Counted from the stretch's first letter, positions 18,127 to 27,379 are shown. The stretch: DNA of 64,000 nucleotides from Candidatus Saccharimonadales bacterium (GCA_035480095.1 DATIIC010000019.1:17658-81657), one strand, 5' to 3'. Notes: a model not told the origin generated them from the letters alone. A program made the numbers and translations.

Positions 18127-19446
18127 ATGCAAAAACATGTCGTGGTCATCGGCGGGGGCATCGCCGGCACCGGTGCGGCGTATGCGCTGCGGCAGCGGGG
18201 CTACGCGGTGACCATCGTCGAAAAGGATGGCCGCCTGGGCGGGCGCATCTGCAGTGAGACCGCCGGCAGTGCCGATGTGGAAATGGGCGCGGGGTTTATA
18301 ACCAAAGGTTACCGGAACCTCCGCGCGTTCCTGCAGGCTACCGGCCTGCACCGGCAGCTCTACTCACAGCCCGGTACCTCCGGAGTGCTGCGCGGCGGCA
18401 CCATAAACCTGGCGACCATGGGCAGCCTGGCCGGCAATAGCGCACTATCGTGGCGGGCCAAGCTGCAAGCCCTGCCGCTGCTCCTGCGGGTGCTGGGCGG
18501 CTGGCGCCGTCTGGACATGCAAGCCCCTTGGCGGGCAGCAGCCTACGACACCAAATCCGCGGCAGATATGTTCACCGGCCGGGGCGGCAAGGAATTTCTG
18601 GAGTATGTCGTGCAGCCCATCCTGAACGGCTATTTTTATTGGACGCCGGAGCAGACCAGCCAGGCGATGGTGCTCGTAATCGTAAAAGCCATGCTGCTGG
18701 GCGGCACCCAGAAACTGCGCGGCGGCCTGCGGCAAATACCCCAAAAAGCCGCCGAGGGGTGCAAGGTCCTGCTAAACCACAGCGCCGCGAACGTACACCG
18801 CCAAGCCGATGGCACCTTTACCATTACGGCCACGCGGGGTACAAAGAAAGTAACGCTGCAGGCAGACGGCGTCGTTTGCGCGACCACCGCGTCCGCGGTC
18901 CCCAAAATCATTGCCGGGCTAAATAGCGTGCAGAAGAAATTTTTTGAGTCCATCAGCTATTCATCTACGGTGGTGTTCGCCCAAACCTACGGCCCAAACC
19001 AGACTTGCAGCAACACCGGGCTCGCGTTCCCCCGCGCCGAGGGCAGCAGCCTGGCGGCCGTTACCGTTTCCGCCGGCCCGGGCAGCACTAAGCCGCTTGG
19101 CACCGTGAAGGCTTACGCTTCCGGCGCCTCCGGGGCCAGGCTCATCGGCCAAACAGACAAGGCCATCGCCGCCAGCCTGACCGCCGCGATAGAGCCGATA
19201 CGCTCCCTGGTCGTGCCGTCCAAGGCCGCGCCCAAGTTCACCCACCTGCAGCGCTGGCCCGAAGCCCTGCCGATGTTCTGCACAGGACACTTCCAAAAGC
19301 TCCGCACCTTTGCGCAGGGCGGCATAGAAAACCCCGGCCACGCCCTGGTGTTTGCCGGCGATTACCTGGGCGGGCCCTTCATGGAGGGCGCGTTTACGAG
19401 CGGGCTGCTGGCCGCCGAACGGCTGGACCGGCGGCTGACCCCTTAG
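18127..19446 (+). CDS. FAD-dependent oxidoreductase, amine-oxidase / protoporphyrinogen-oxidase family
   Basis: The N-terminal Rossmann motif is HVVVIGGGIAGTGAAYAL...VTIVEKDGRLGGR. The C-terminus is VFAGDYLGGPFMEGAFTSG. The start is set at 18127. The track's 17920 start would overlap the SET gene. Confidence 0.8.
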   Translation: MQKHVVVIGGGIAGTGAAYALRQRGYAVTIVEKDGRLGGRICSETAGSADVEMGAGFITKGYRNLRAFLQATGLHRQLYSQPGTSGVLRGGTINLATMGSLAGNSALSWRAKLQALPLLLRVLGGWRRLDMQAPWRAAAYDTKSAADMFTGRGGKEFLEYVVQPILNGYFYWTPEQTSQAMVLVIVKAMLLGGTQKLRGGLRQIPQKAAEGCKVLLNHSAANVHRQADGTFTITATRGTKKVTLQADGVVCATTASAVPKIIAGLNSVQKKFFESISYSSTVVFAQTYGPNQTCSNTGLAFPRAEGSSLAAVTVSAGPGSTKPLGTVKAYASGASGARLIGQTDKAIAASLTAAIEPIRSLVVPSKAAPKFTHLQRWPEALPMFCTGHFQKLRTFAQGGIENPGHALVFAGDYLGGPFMEGAFTSGLLAAERLDRRLTP

Positions 19447-19477
19447 GCTCCGTGGCATTCACGCCTTTGCGCCGTAG

Positions 19478-19693
19478 TTAGTAGCGCTCGCGGGCACCCA
19501 TCTGCCGGGCAATTTGCCTGAATTGCCGCCGCATTATGAAATGGCCGCTTTCCGGCAGCCGCATTTCAATCCCTACGGCCACATCCCTAGAAACATCGTC
19601 CGATGGTTCGTGGAGGTTGTGCAGGTATTGTTCCGCGTGTACTTTTTGGTGATGTTGGTGTTTGTTCGTTGCTACCGAATATGTGCGAGACAT
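19478..19693 (-). CDS. hypothetical small His-rich protein
   Basis: This 71-aa ORF has AAGGAG 5 nt upstream of its ATG. No motif was recognised. Confidence 0.4.
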   Translation of the reverse strand: MSRTYSVATNKHQHHQKVHAEQYLHNLHEPSDDVSRDVAVGIEMRLPESGHFIMRRQFRQIARQMGARERY

Positions 19694-19908
19694 ACTCGCT
19701 CCTTTCAGTCACGTTGCCGAACAAGCCCAGCCGCTTCTCGTGTAACACCTCCCTCCGGTGGTACGCATACGAACGTCAGTCTTACTGCTGGTAGTATGTT
19801 CCTATTGTCTGCCCACGTATGTGCGTGATATCACCGTGCGGCTGTGACATGTCCTGCCATAGGACAGGCGAGGGCAGCGTACACTAGTAGGTACAGATAG
19901 GAGGCACT

Positions 19909-20307
19909 ATGAAAGGATTCTGTACTAACATCGAGCAGGCCGCTGGCGGCAACACCGACTTCCGCCGCGTGCTCTACACCGGCGCGCACAGCCAGCTGGT
20001 GCTGATGAGCCTGGCACCGGGCGAAGACATCGGCCTGGAAACCCACCCGGACAACGACCAGTTCCTGCGGTTTGAGGCAGGCAAGGGCAGAGTGGCCATC
20101 GACGACGCAACGTACGAAGTCAGCGGCGGCGACGCCGTCCTCGTGCCGGCCGGCGCCAAGCACAACGTCACCAATCTGTCGGACACCGAAGCCCTCAAAC
20201 TATACACGCTGTATGCACCCGCCCACCACATGGACGGCACCGTGCGCGCCACAAAAACAGACGCCGAATCTCAACCCGAAGCGTTCGACGGTGTAACTAC
20301 CGAGTGA
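19909..20307 (+). CDS. cupin domain protein
   Basis: It has GEDIGLETHPDNDQFLRFEAG...VPAGAKHNV, which matches the two cupin motifs. AGGAGG lies upstream. Confidence 0.8.
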   Translation: MKGFCTNIEQAAGGNTDFRRVLYTGAHSQLVLMSLAPGEDIGLETHPDNDQFLRFEAGKGRVAIDDATYEVSGGDAVLVPAGAKHNVTNLSDTEALKLYTLYAPAHHMDGTVRATKTDAESQPEAFDGVTTE

Positions 20308-20828
20308 ACGGCCTGCAGGTAACCATCAAGCGCCGTAGCAGGGAACTGCTGGGCCCAAACAGAGCCGCCGGTAGAGAAAAAGCGCAGCACCGGCAGCAAA
20401 AAGTCCAGGTAGCCCTGGGCTTGGGGCTCGCCGCGCCAATCATAAATGCCCAGGTAGTTTTTGGTGGCCGGGTCCACCAGCCACAGTTTGGTGCGGAAGC
20501 CGGGCAGCCCGCTCCAAAACGGGGTGGTTAGGATGCACACACGCTGAAACAGCCAGTGCAGCAGCCGGCTGGACCGAATCAGCTTCAGCCGAAAGCCCAC
20601 CACCAGCACCACCGGTTCACCCCGCGCCGCCGCGCGTTCCGTCTCCCGGAACACCACGTATTTGCCACCTTGTGCTGCGTAATACATACCCAGCCGCTCA
20701 TGCCGCAGCCTTAGGCTGCCAGCCATACCCAAAAACACCACCGCCGACCGCCCAGCCGCCGGCAACGACCGCCATACGCTCCGGCCCGCATCCATCTGCA
20801 TCATTTCTGCCATGCCAACCTCCTGCAC
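20271..20828 (-). CDS. hypothetical protein
   Basis: This 185-aa ORF converges on the cupin gene, with their 3' ends overlapping. No motif was recognised. Confidence 0.45.
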   Translation of the reverse strand: MQEVGMAEMMQMDAGRSVWRSLPAAGRSAVVFLGMAGSLRLRHERLGMYYAAQGGKYVVFRETERAAARGEPVVLVVGFRLKLIRSSRLLHWLFQRVCILTTPFWSGLPGFRTKLWLVDPATKNYLGIYDWRGEPQAQGYLDFLLPVLRFFSTGGSVWAQQFPATALDGYLQAVHSVVTPSNASG

Positions 20829-21006
20829 CCATCATCCCACTATGCGTTTGTGCTGTATGTGACCGCAGTCACTAATGCACCCGCAGAGTGGCATGTGGCT
20901 GGTTGCGCGCTACAACATTCCACGGCTGCGGCGGCGCTGGCGGCGGTTTACGCCGGCTACGGAAACTGGGGTTAGTGGTCGTCCTAGTACCATGGTGGTG
21001 TCCTCC

Positions 21007-21435
21007 TTATTTTACGGTGGCTAGTTCTTTGGCGGCGGCTTCAACGGCTTCCGGGTGGATGCGGCCATCGGCCACCAGCATGCCGCCGGCGTCTTTGATG
21101 GCCTTTTTAAGGCCCTTGGCCCACAAGTGCTCCAGCACCAGCACGCCGGCCGCGGTGTTGGGGTCTAGCTGGTCGGCCACTTTGTCGATGTCGTCTTCGG
21201 TAAACAGCGGCGTGTCGTCGGTAATGCCCAGTTTGCTAAACGCCTTTTGCAGTTCCGCCGGCTGGTTTTCGTACTCGCCGACGGTAACATTGCCGTTCAT
21301 GTCTTTGACGATGAACAGCAAATCCACCACGCGGATGATGCCGTCCTGGGCAGCCTTCACCAGCTCATCGGCGATGCTGCCATCAAACTTATTGCCTTCA
21401 AACCCCACCACGATGTAATCGATTGGTCCCAGCAT
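21007..21435 (-). CDS. hypothetical protein (resembles the DUF6325-type family, from memory)
   Basis: MLGPIDYIVVGFEGNKFDGSIADELVKAAQDGIIRVVDLLFIVKD... The start is chosen at the internal ATG at 21435. Confidence 0.5.
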   Translation of the reverse strand: MLGPIDYIVVGFEGNKFDGSIADELVKAAQDGIIRVVDLLFIVKDMNGNVTVGEYENQPAELQKAFSKLGITDDTPLFTEDDIDKVADQLDPNTAAGVLVLEHLWAKGLKKAIKDAGGMLVADGRIHPEAVEAAAKELATVK

Positions 21436-21550
21436 GGCTGCACCCCCTTTCCAGGTTATGTTCCACCCTAATGCTACGCGCACCAGGGGACGGCCGCAGC
21501 GAATAAACTCACTCCGGGCCACGTGCGGGTACACACTGTGCCGAGTAGCC

Positions 21551-21940
21551 TTACTTGAGCCGTTCCAGGACGCCGCGGCGCTTGACGATGTTTTTGTAAT
21601 CCCACTGGATGGTTTTGGATTTCTCTAGCCAGCGGGCCAGGGCAGCCGTGTCGATTTGGTCGGCGCTGGTGTAGCGGGCTTGCGCGGCTTTGAAGCTACC
21701 CTCGGGTTGCAAGCCCGGCTCGTCAAACGATTGGCCGCTCCAAAACAGCAGCTGCACGCTGTCTTTCAGTACCGCGTAGCCGGCCACCGGGTTGCCGTCC
21801 AGAAACCACACCGGTGCCCGGTGCCAGACTTTGCTTTCTGCCTCTGGCAGCGCTCGCTGGATTTCGGCCGCCAGCAGCTCACAAATTGCTTTCCGGTCTG
21901 GTGCCTGGGAGTCGTTGTAAGTGATGATGTCTTGTTGCAT
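21551..21940 (-). CDS. DUF1801 (YdhG-like) domain protein
   Basis: This 129-aa protein has a layout typical of the family (KVWHRAPVWFLDGNPVAGY...). TATTAT lies 6 nt upstream of the ATG. Confidence 0.6.
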   Translation of the reverse strand: MQQDIITYNDSQAPDRKAICELLAAEIQRALPEAESKVWHRAPVWFLDGNPVAGYAVLKDSVQLLFWSGQSFDEPGLQPEGSFKAAQARYTSADQIDTAALARWLEKSKTIQWDYKNIVKRRGVLERLK

Positions 21941-22022
21941 AGCTTTATAATACGCCGGGATTGCCTAGACATGAATGCCAACATAGAAGTGTCAGATAGC
22001 ACGCCAGCCGCCACACACCTTG

Positions 22023-22031
22023 TGGTACAAT
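22023..22031 (+). promoter_or_regulatory. extended -10 box TGGTACAAT, 6 nt upstream of GTG 22038 (leaderless idi)
   Basis: TGGTACAAT is followed by CGAGCA and then GTG AAA TCA GAA TAC. This gives the typical IDI N-terminus (M)KSEYVVLLD. Confidence 0.5.
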
Positions 22032-22037
22032 CGAGCA

Positions 22038-22589
22038 GTGAAATCAGAATACGTAGTACTGCTAGACGCGGACGGTACAGAAATCGGCACCGCCGAGAAA
22101 TACAGTGCCCACCATGCCGATACACCGCTCCACAAAGCCTTTTCGTGCTACGTGTTTAACGACCGCAACCGGCTGCTCGTTACCAAGCGTGCGGACGGTA
22201 AAAAGGTCTGGCCGGGCGTGTGGACAAACTCAGTCTGCGGCCACCCCGCGCCAGGTGAGCCGACCGAGGCCGCAATCACGCGCCGCCTGATGTATGAACT
22301 TGGCATGGCGGCCGACAACGTGCGGGTAGTCGCCCCCCATTACCGCTACAAAACCCCGCCGTACAATGGAATCATCGAGAACGAAATCTGCCCGGTCTAC
22401 ATTGCCCACGCTCTGGGCGAACCTCAGCCTAACCCCGAAGAAGTCGCGGACTACAAGTGGGTGGGCTGGGCGGAGTACACCCAGGCGCTTGCAGCCGACA
22501 CGGACAATACATTTTCGTGGTGGAGCAAAGACCAGCTGCAGCACATCCGCACTCAAATAGACGCCTTACTCCACGCCAAGCCAGCGTAA
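22038..22589 (+). CDS. idi: isopentenyl-diphosphate delta-isomerase, type 1 (Nudix fold)
   Basis: It has HKAFSCYVFN, WTNSVCGHP and ENEICPVY. The track's start at 22020 (TTG) is an alternative. Confidence 0.85.
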   Translation: MKSEYVVLLDADGTEIGTAEKYSAHHADTPLHKAFSCYVFNDRNRLLVTKRADGKKVWPGVWTNSVCGHPAPGEPTEAAITRRLMYELGMAADNVRVVAPHYRYKTPPYNGIIENEICPVYIAHALGEPQPNPEEVADYKWVGWAEYTQALAADTDNTFSWWSKDQLQHIRTQIDALLHAKPA

Positions 22590-22677
22590 CTTCACGGCGA
22601 ATATGTTCACCCGTCGCCGGCTCTATAAAATCACTAATCTGCCGGTGGCGCAACCGATGTGAGATAATTGACTACAC

Positions 22678-25600
22678 ATGGAGGAGTTTGAGGAAGTTTA
22701 TGCAGGGTTGAACGCCGCGCAGAAGAAGGCAGTCGATGCCGTTGACGGGCCGGTGCTGGTGGTGGCCGGGCCGGGGACGGGCAAGACGCAGCTGCTTTCG
22801 GCCCGCGTGGCGCAAATTTTGCGCACCACCGACACCCTGCCGCAAAACATACTGTGTTTGACGTTTACCGAAAGCGGGGCGCAGAACATGCGCGACCGCC
22901 TGACGCGCTTCATCGGCAAAAACGCTTACGACGTACAGATTGGCACCTACCACGCCTTCGGCGGCGACCTCATCCGCCGTTACCCGGAGTACTTCACCGA
23001 AACCCGGCTGGAGCGGCCGGTGGACGAGCTGGGCAAACGGCAGATACTTTCGGGCATCATCGACAAGTTGAGTTACCGCAGCCCGCTGAAGCAAACCCGC
23101 CACCATTTGGGCGACTTGATGACCACCGTCAGTGAAGTAAAACGCGGGCTTTTGACGCCCGAATCCATCCGCGACATCGCGGCCAGCAACCTGGCGGTCA
23201 TCAACGAAGCCAGTAAAGTTATTTCCGGCGTGCTGGCCGACTACGTCAAACGCTTGCCCAGCAAAATTGCCGTGGCCGAACCAATTTTCGGTGAAATTTA
23301 CGGCGACCTGGCGGCAATTTCCGAAACCGCCACCAAATACCCGCCGTTCGAAAACCTGGCACAGTTGGCCGCCGACGAACTGGAAAAGGCGTTAACGGCC
23401 GCATCCGAAGCCGGCAAAACTAACCCGCTCACCGCCTGGAAAAACGCCTGGCTGGTAAAAAACGCCGATAACCAATACGTGCTGGGCGGGGCACTGGAAG
23501 CCGCCCGCATGGCCGAGCTGGCAAACGTACTCGAAGCCTACGAAAAGGCTTTGAGCGAACGCGGGCTGTACGACTTTGACGACATGATTTTGCGCGCGAT
23601 TACTGTCTTAGAGAGTAACGCTGACCTTAAATACACCCTGCAAGAACAGTACCAATACATCCTGCTAGACGAGTTCCAGGACACCAACGCCGCCCAGCTG
23701 CGGCTGGTAGAACTGCTGACTGACAACCCGGCGAACGAAGGCCGTCCCAACGTCCTGGCCGTGGGCGACGACGACCAAGCCATTTACGCCTTCCAGGGCG
23801 CACAGTACAGCAACATGCTGGATTATTTCCGGCTGTTCAAAGACGTGCTGGTGATTAATTTGAGCGAGAACTACCGCAGCACGCCAGGCATCATCGAAAC
23901 CGCCCGGAACGTCACTGCCCAAATCACCGACTCGCTTAGCGCCAGCTTCCCCGAGCTAGACAAACAACTTGTCGCTGTTTCCCAGTCATCCCCTCCGTCA
24001 TCCCAGCGAAGGCTGGGATCCAGTCAAAAGAATACTGTCGAAGACACAAGTCCTACACTAGATTCCAGCCTGCGCTGGAATGACCCGGGAAAGAATGCCT
24101 CTGGTGAAATTCGTCGCACCGAATACACCAGCGAAATCGCTGAACGGGCAGGGGTGGCGGCGCACATCAAGCAGCTTTTGCAAGACGGCGTGGAACCAAG
24201 CGAAATTGCCGTGTTGGCGCCCAAGCACAAATACCTCGAACCGCTGGTGCCGTACCTGGACGGCGTGCCGCTGCGCTACGAACGCCGCGAGAATATTCTG
24301 CAGGCACCGGTCATCCGCCAGCTGCTCACCATGAGCAAGCTGGTGCTGGCACTGCACAACTGCCGCTTCACCGAAGCCGACAGCTACTGGCCGGAGGTCT
24401 TGAGTTACCCGTTCTGGGAATTCCCGGTCAGCACCATCTGGAAACTCAGCTGGCGGGCGACCGACACGCGCAAACACTGGACTGAATTGCTTTTGAGTGA
24501 CGACCAATTCCGCCCGGTAGCGCTGCTATTTCTGGCGCTCGCTGGCCAGGTCGAAACCGAAACCTTGGAAGTCATGCTAGATAGATTAACCGGCACGGAC
24601 GAGGTCGCGACCGGCGAAGCGGACTTGCCATTTGTGCGCTCCAAACTCCGCCCGGCACTGCTGGAAGGCGGCGAGGCAAAACTCTACCAAACCGTCACCG
24701 AACTGACCGTGCTGCGGGCGCGGCTTAGCGAACACCAGCAGCAACGCGGCAGCGCCTTGATGCTAAAAGATCTGCTGGATTTCGTAGCCGAGTACGAAGC
24801 CGCCGACGAGCAAATGGTAAACACCAGCCCCTACTCTGAGGCCGCCGACGCCGTCCAGCTGATGACTGTCTTTAAGGCCAAGGGCCTAGAGTTCGCGCAC
24901 GTGTTCATAGTCAGCTGCCACGACGACGTCTGGGGCAGCAGCAGCCGCGGCGCCGGCAACAAGCTGACGCTACCGGCCAACCTGGCGCCCATCCGCCACG
25001 CCGGCGCCACCGAGGACGAGCGCCTGCGGATTTTCTTCGTGGCTCTCACCCGCGCCAAGCAGGGCCTGTACCTAACCAGCCACGCGTCAACTTACGCCGG
25101 CAAAAAACCAGCGCGACTGAAGTACCTGGCCGAAGCCGAGCAGGAAGACGGCACCGTAACCAGCCAAACGCTGCCCGCCGCACACGCCAGCGTCCGCCAA
25201 GACACCATCGACTCCCCGCCGCTGGAAAGCCTGGAAACCAACTGGCACGCCCGCCACACCACGCTCACGCCACGCTTAAGCGAGCTACTGCGCGAACGCC
25301 TGGAACGTTACCGCCTGAGCCCCACGCACCTCACCAAATTCCTAGACCTGGAACATGCCGGCCCGCAAAGCTTTTTGCTGGAAAACCTACTGCGCTTTCC
25401 CACCGCGCCCAGCGTGGACATCCTATTCGGCAACGCCATGCACGAAACGCTGGAGTGGCTGCAACAGGAGCTCAACCGCACCGGCAAACTGCCCACGGCG
25501 GGGCAGGCCAGCGCCCGTTTTAGCAAGCTTTTGGAGCCGGAACCCCTCACCAGCGAACAGCTGGCCGTGCAACAGCAAAGGGGTGAAAACGCCCTGCAGG

Positions 25601-26079
25601 GCTTCCTGGAGGCCTACACGGCCTTTCGCCCCGGCAACAAGCCCGAGTACAACTTCCGGCACGAAGGCGTGGTAACAGATGGCGTCCAGATGAGCGGCAA
25701 GATTGACCTGCTGGAAATCGACCCCGAAACCAAGCGCATAACAGTGGTGGACTACAAAACCGGCGTACTGGGTGCCGACCCCGCCAAGCGCCACCGCTAC
25801 GAACTGCAACTGTACTGCTACAAACTGCTGCTGCAGGGCTCGCACACCTTCCGTGACTACACCGTGGAGCAGGGCAGACTGGTGTTCGTAGAACCAGATG
25901 CCGACGGCAAAATCCAGCAGGTGAACATAACCTTCAAAGACGACGAACTAGCCCGCGTCCGCAAACTAATCACCGCCATGTGGGCCAGAGTCCAAGCCCT
26001 AGACCTTCCGGACATCAGCCAGTACCCAGCCAGCCTCGCCGGCATAAAACAATTCGAACAAGATTTCAGCGCACCGTAG
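22678..26079 (+). CDS. UvrD/Rep-family (SF1) helicase fused to a C-terminal PD-(D/E)xK nuclease domain
   Basis: This 1133-aa protein has Walker A AGPGTGKTQ, motif II DEFQDTN and motif VI-like VALTRAK. The C-terminus has GKIDLLEID...VVDYKTG, a RecB-like nuclease motif. Confidence 0.9.
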   Translation: MEEFEEVYAGLNAAQKKAVDAVDGPVLVVAGPGTGKTQLLSARVAQILRTTDTLPQNILCLTFTESGAQNMRDRLTRFIGKNAYDVQIGTYHAFGGDLIRRYPEYFTETRLERPVDELGKRQILSGIIDKLSYRSPLKQTRHHLGDLMTTVSEVKRGLLTPESIRDIAASNLAVINEASKVISGVLADYVKRLPSKIAVAEPIFGEIYGDLAAISETATKYPPFENLAQLAADELEKALTAASEAGKTNPLTAWKNAWLVKNADNQYVLGGALEAARMAELANVLEAYEKALSERGLYDFDDMILRAITVLESNADLKYTLQEQYQYILLDEFQDTNAAQLRLVELLTDNPANEGRPNVLAVGDDDQAIYAFQGAQYSNMLDYFRLFKDVLVINLSENYRSTPGIIETARNVTAQITDSLSASFPELDKQLVAVSQSSPPSSQRRLGSSQKNTVEDTSPTLDSSLRWNDPGKNASGEIRRTEYTSEIAERAGVAAHIKQLLQDGVEPSEIAVLAPKHKYLEPLVPYLDGVPLRYERRENILQAPVIRQLLTMSKLVLALHNCRFTEADSYWPEVLSYPFWEFPVSTIWKLSWRATDTRKHWTELLLSDDQFRPVALLFLALAGQVETETLEVMLDRLTGTDEVATGEADLPFVRSKLRPALLEGGEAKLYQTVTELTVLRARLSEHQQQRGSALMLKDLLDFVAEYEAADEQMVNTSPYSEAADAVQLMTVFKAKGLEFAHVFIVSCHDDVWGSSSRGAGNKLTLPANLAPIRHAGATEDERLRIFFVALTRAKQGLYLTSHASTYAGKKPARLKYLAEAEQEDGTVTSQTLPAAHASVRQDTIDSPPLESLETNWHARHTTLTPRLSELLRERLERYRLSPTHLTKFLDLEHAGPQSFLLENLLRFPTAPSVDILFGNAMHETLEWLQQELNRTGKLPTAGQASARFSKLLEPEPLTSEQLAVQQQRGENALQGFLEAYTAFRPGNKPEYNFRHEGVVTDGVQMSGKIDLLEIDPETKRITVVDYKTGVLGADPAKRHRYELQLYCYKLLLQGSHTFRDYTVEQGRLVFVEPDADGKIQQVNITFKDDELARVRKLITAMWARVQALDLPDISQYPASLAGIKQFEQDFSAP
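23997..24084. repeat. palindromic hairpin-pair mini-element (MITE/RPE-like) inserted in frame in the helicase gene
   Basis: The terminal inverted repeats are GTCATCCCAGCGAAGGCTGGGATCCAG (23997..24023) and CTAGATTCCAGCCTGCGCTGGAATGAC (24058..24084), with 23 of 27 positions complementary. Each arm is itself a 7-bp hairpin. Confidence 0.7.
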
Positions 26080-26092
26080 ACCGCAAGCACTC

Positions 26093-26101
26093 TGCTACAC
26101 T
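26093..26101 (+). promoter_or_regulatory. extended -10 box TGCTACACT, 6 nt upstream of ATG 26108 (leaderless arrangement)
   Basis: TGCTACACT is followed by AGGGTC and then ATG. Confidence 0.5.
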
Positions 26102-26107
26102 AGGGTC

Positions 26108-26407
26108 ATGAAAGCACTCTCTTATGTGTATCGCTGTCTAGTCGCGGCCGCTAATGTTGGGCTAGGTGTATTGTTTAGCTTTGCTATTAGCGACCAGAGC
26201 ACGACACACTCGGCCGGGTTCTGGGAAACCGCCGGCCCAAACCCCCGGCTCTTTTTGGTAAGCATCCTGGGGCTGCTCGGCACCATTGCCGTGCTGCTGT
26301 TTTGTACCATTTGGTGGAAATACTTACGGCCGTATGCCAAGCCCGGCTTGATTGTAATCACCGTGGCGTTTGCCGGAATTTTTCTATACGGCCTAGCATT
26401 CAAATAA
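26108..26407 (+). CDS. small membrane protein (three TM helices)
   Basis: This 99-aa hydrophobic ORF is followed directly by a strong terminator. Confidence 0.55.
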   Translation: MKALSYVYRCLVAAANVGLGVLFSFAISDQSTTHSAGFWETAGPNPRLFLVSILGLLGTIAVLLFCTIWWKYLRPYAKPGLIVITVAFAGIFLYGLAFK

Positions 26408-26436
26408 AAAAACCGCCGGTATTTCCGGCGGTTTTG
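26405..26436. terminator. bidirectional rho-independent terminator
   Basis: The sequence AAAAAACCGCCGG-TATTT-CCGGCGGTTTT has a perfect 7-bp GC stem flanked by A- and T-tracts. It lies between convergent genes. Confidence 0.8.
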
Positions 26437-26453
26437 ATTGAACTAGCCTAAAA

Positions 26454-27275
26454 CTAAGCGGCGTTCGGGTTGCGGCGGCGACCTGCGGGCTTTTTCTTCG
26501 CAGGGGCCTTGCGGCTAGCCGGGCGCTTGGCGCTCGATGGGCGGGAAGCCGTAACGGCGCGGTCGCCAGCAGACGCGACTTCGGACTGAGTCAGTGAAGC
26601 GTTTAGCGTGGAAGTCTTAGCCCGCTCGGACTTTGACTCAGCCACTTCAGCCAGCTCGGTCTCTACGAACAGCAAGTTGTAGAGGTTGAAGCCGATGATG
26701 GCACCCAGCACCGGGCCAAGCACGTATGTGCCCCAACCCCATTGGTGTAGGCCCAAGGCAACAGCTGGGTTCAAAATGCCGGCAGAACCGAGCGAAGCAA
26801 CCAGCGAACCACCCATCAAAGCACCACCAATCGCGCCAGCCTTGGCAGCCAGGCTAAAGCGCTGGTAGACAGCAGCAGCCCACACGAAGGCGAACACGAA
26901 TGTGCCAACTACCTCGGCTACCAGCACGCGCGAGCTGTAGGTGCCGACGTTGTGCACCCCACTCAGTTTGGTGAGGTAGACAAACAGCTCCCAGGCCACG
27001 GCGCCACCAAGCAGCTGCACGGCCAGGTAGGCTAGCGCTTGCATGGTGCGCAGCTTGCGGACCGTCCAGAGGCCGATAGTCATAGCCGGGTTAAACACGG
27101 CGCCAGAGATGCCAGCGAGCGCCAGCGTCATCAGGGCGACCATCAAGCCGGCCGCCGCAGCAATAAAGAACGTCAACGACAACTGCGAATGGCTGACTGC
27201 CAGGACAACCAGCGTCAGTGCGGCTGTGCCCAGAAATTCACCCACGAGCATCGCGAGCTTATTCTTACGAAACAT
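26454..27275 (-). CDS. MIP-family channel (aquaporin or glycerol facilitator) with a basic low-complexity C-terminal tail
   Basis: It has two NPA boxes (FNPAMT, LNPAVA) and six TM helices. GGAGG lies 9 nt upstream of the ATG. The tail is ...RPSSAKRPASRKAPAKKKPAGRRRNPNAA. Confidence 0.9.
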   Translation of the reverse strand: MFRKNKLAMLVGEFLGTAALTLVVLAVSHSQLSLTFFIAAAAGLMVALMTLALAGISGAVFNPAMTIGLWTVRKLRTMQALAYLAVQLLGGAVAWELFVYLTKLSGVHNVGTYSSRVLVAEVVGTFVFAFVWAAAVYQRFSLAAKAGAIGGALMGGSLVASLGSAGILNPAVALGLHQWGWGTYVLGPVLGAIIGFNLYNLLFVETELAEVAESKSERAKTSTLNASLTQSEVASAGDRAVTASRPSSAKRPASRKAPAKKKPAGRRRNPNAA

Positions 27276-27379
27276 ATATAGAATCCTCCACTTTGTTTGT
27301 GATACTTCTTAGCGTACCGGTACGCAATAGATTTGTAAAGGGTCAGCCCCTTGCAATCAGTACAGGTGGTGGAGCGCGG

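Noticed and set aside
22672-23106. A 144-aa minus-strand ORF at the start of the helicase gene
   Set aside because: It is antisense to the Walker A region of the helicase and has no independent signals.
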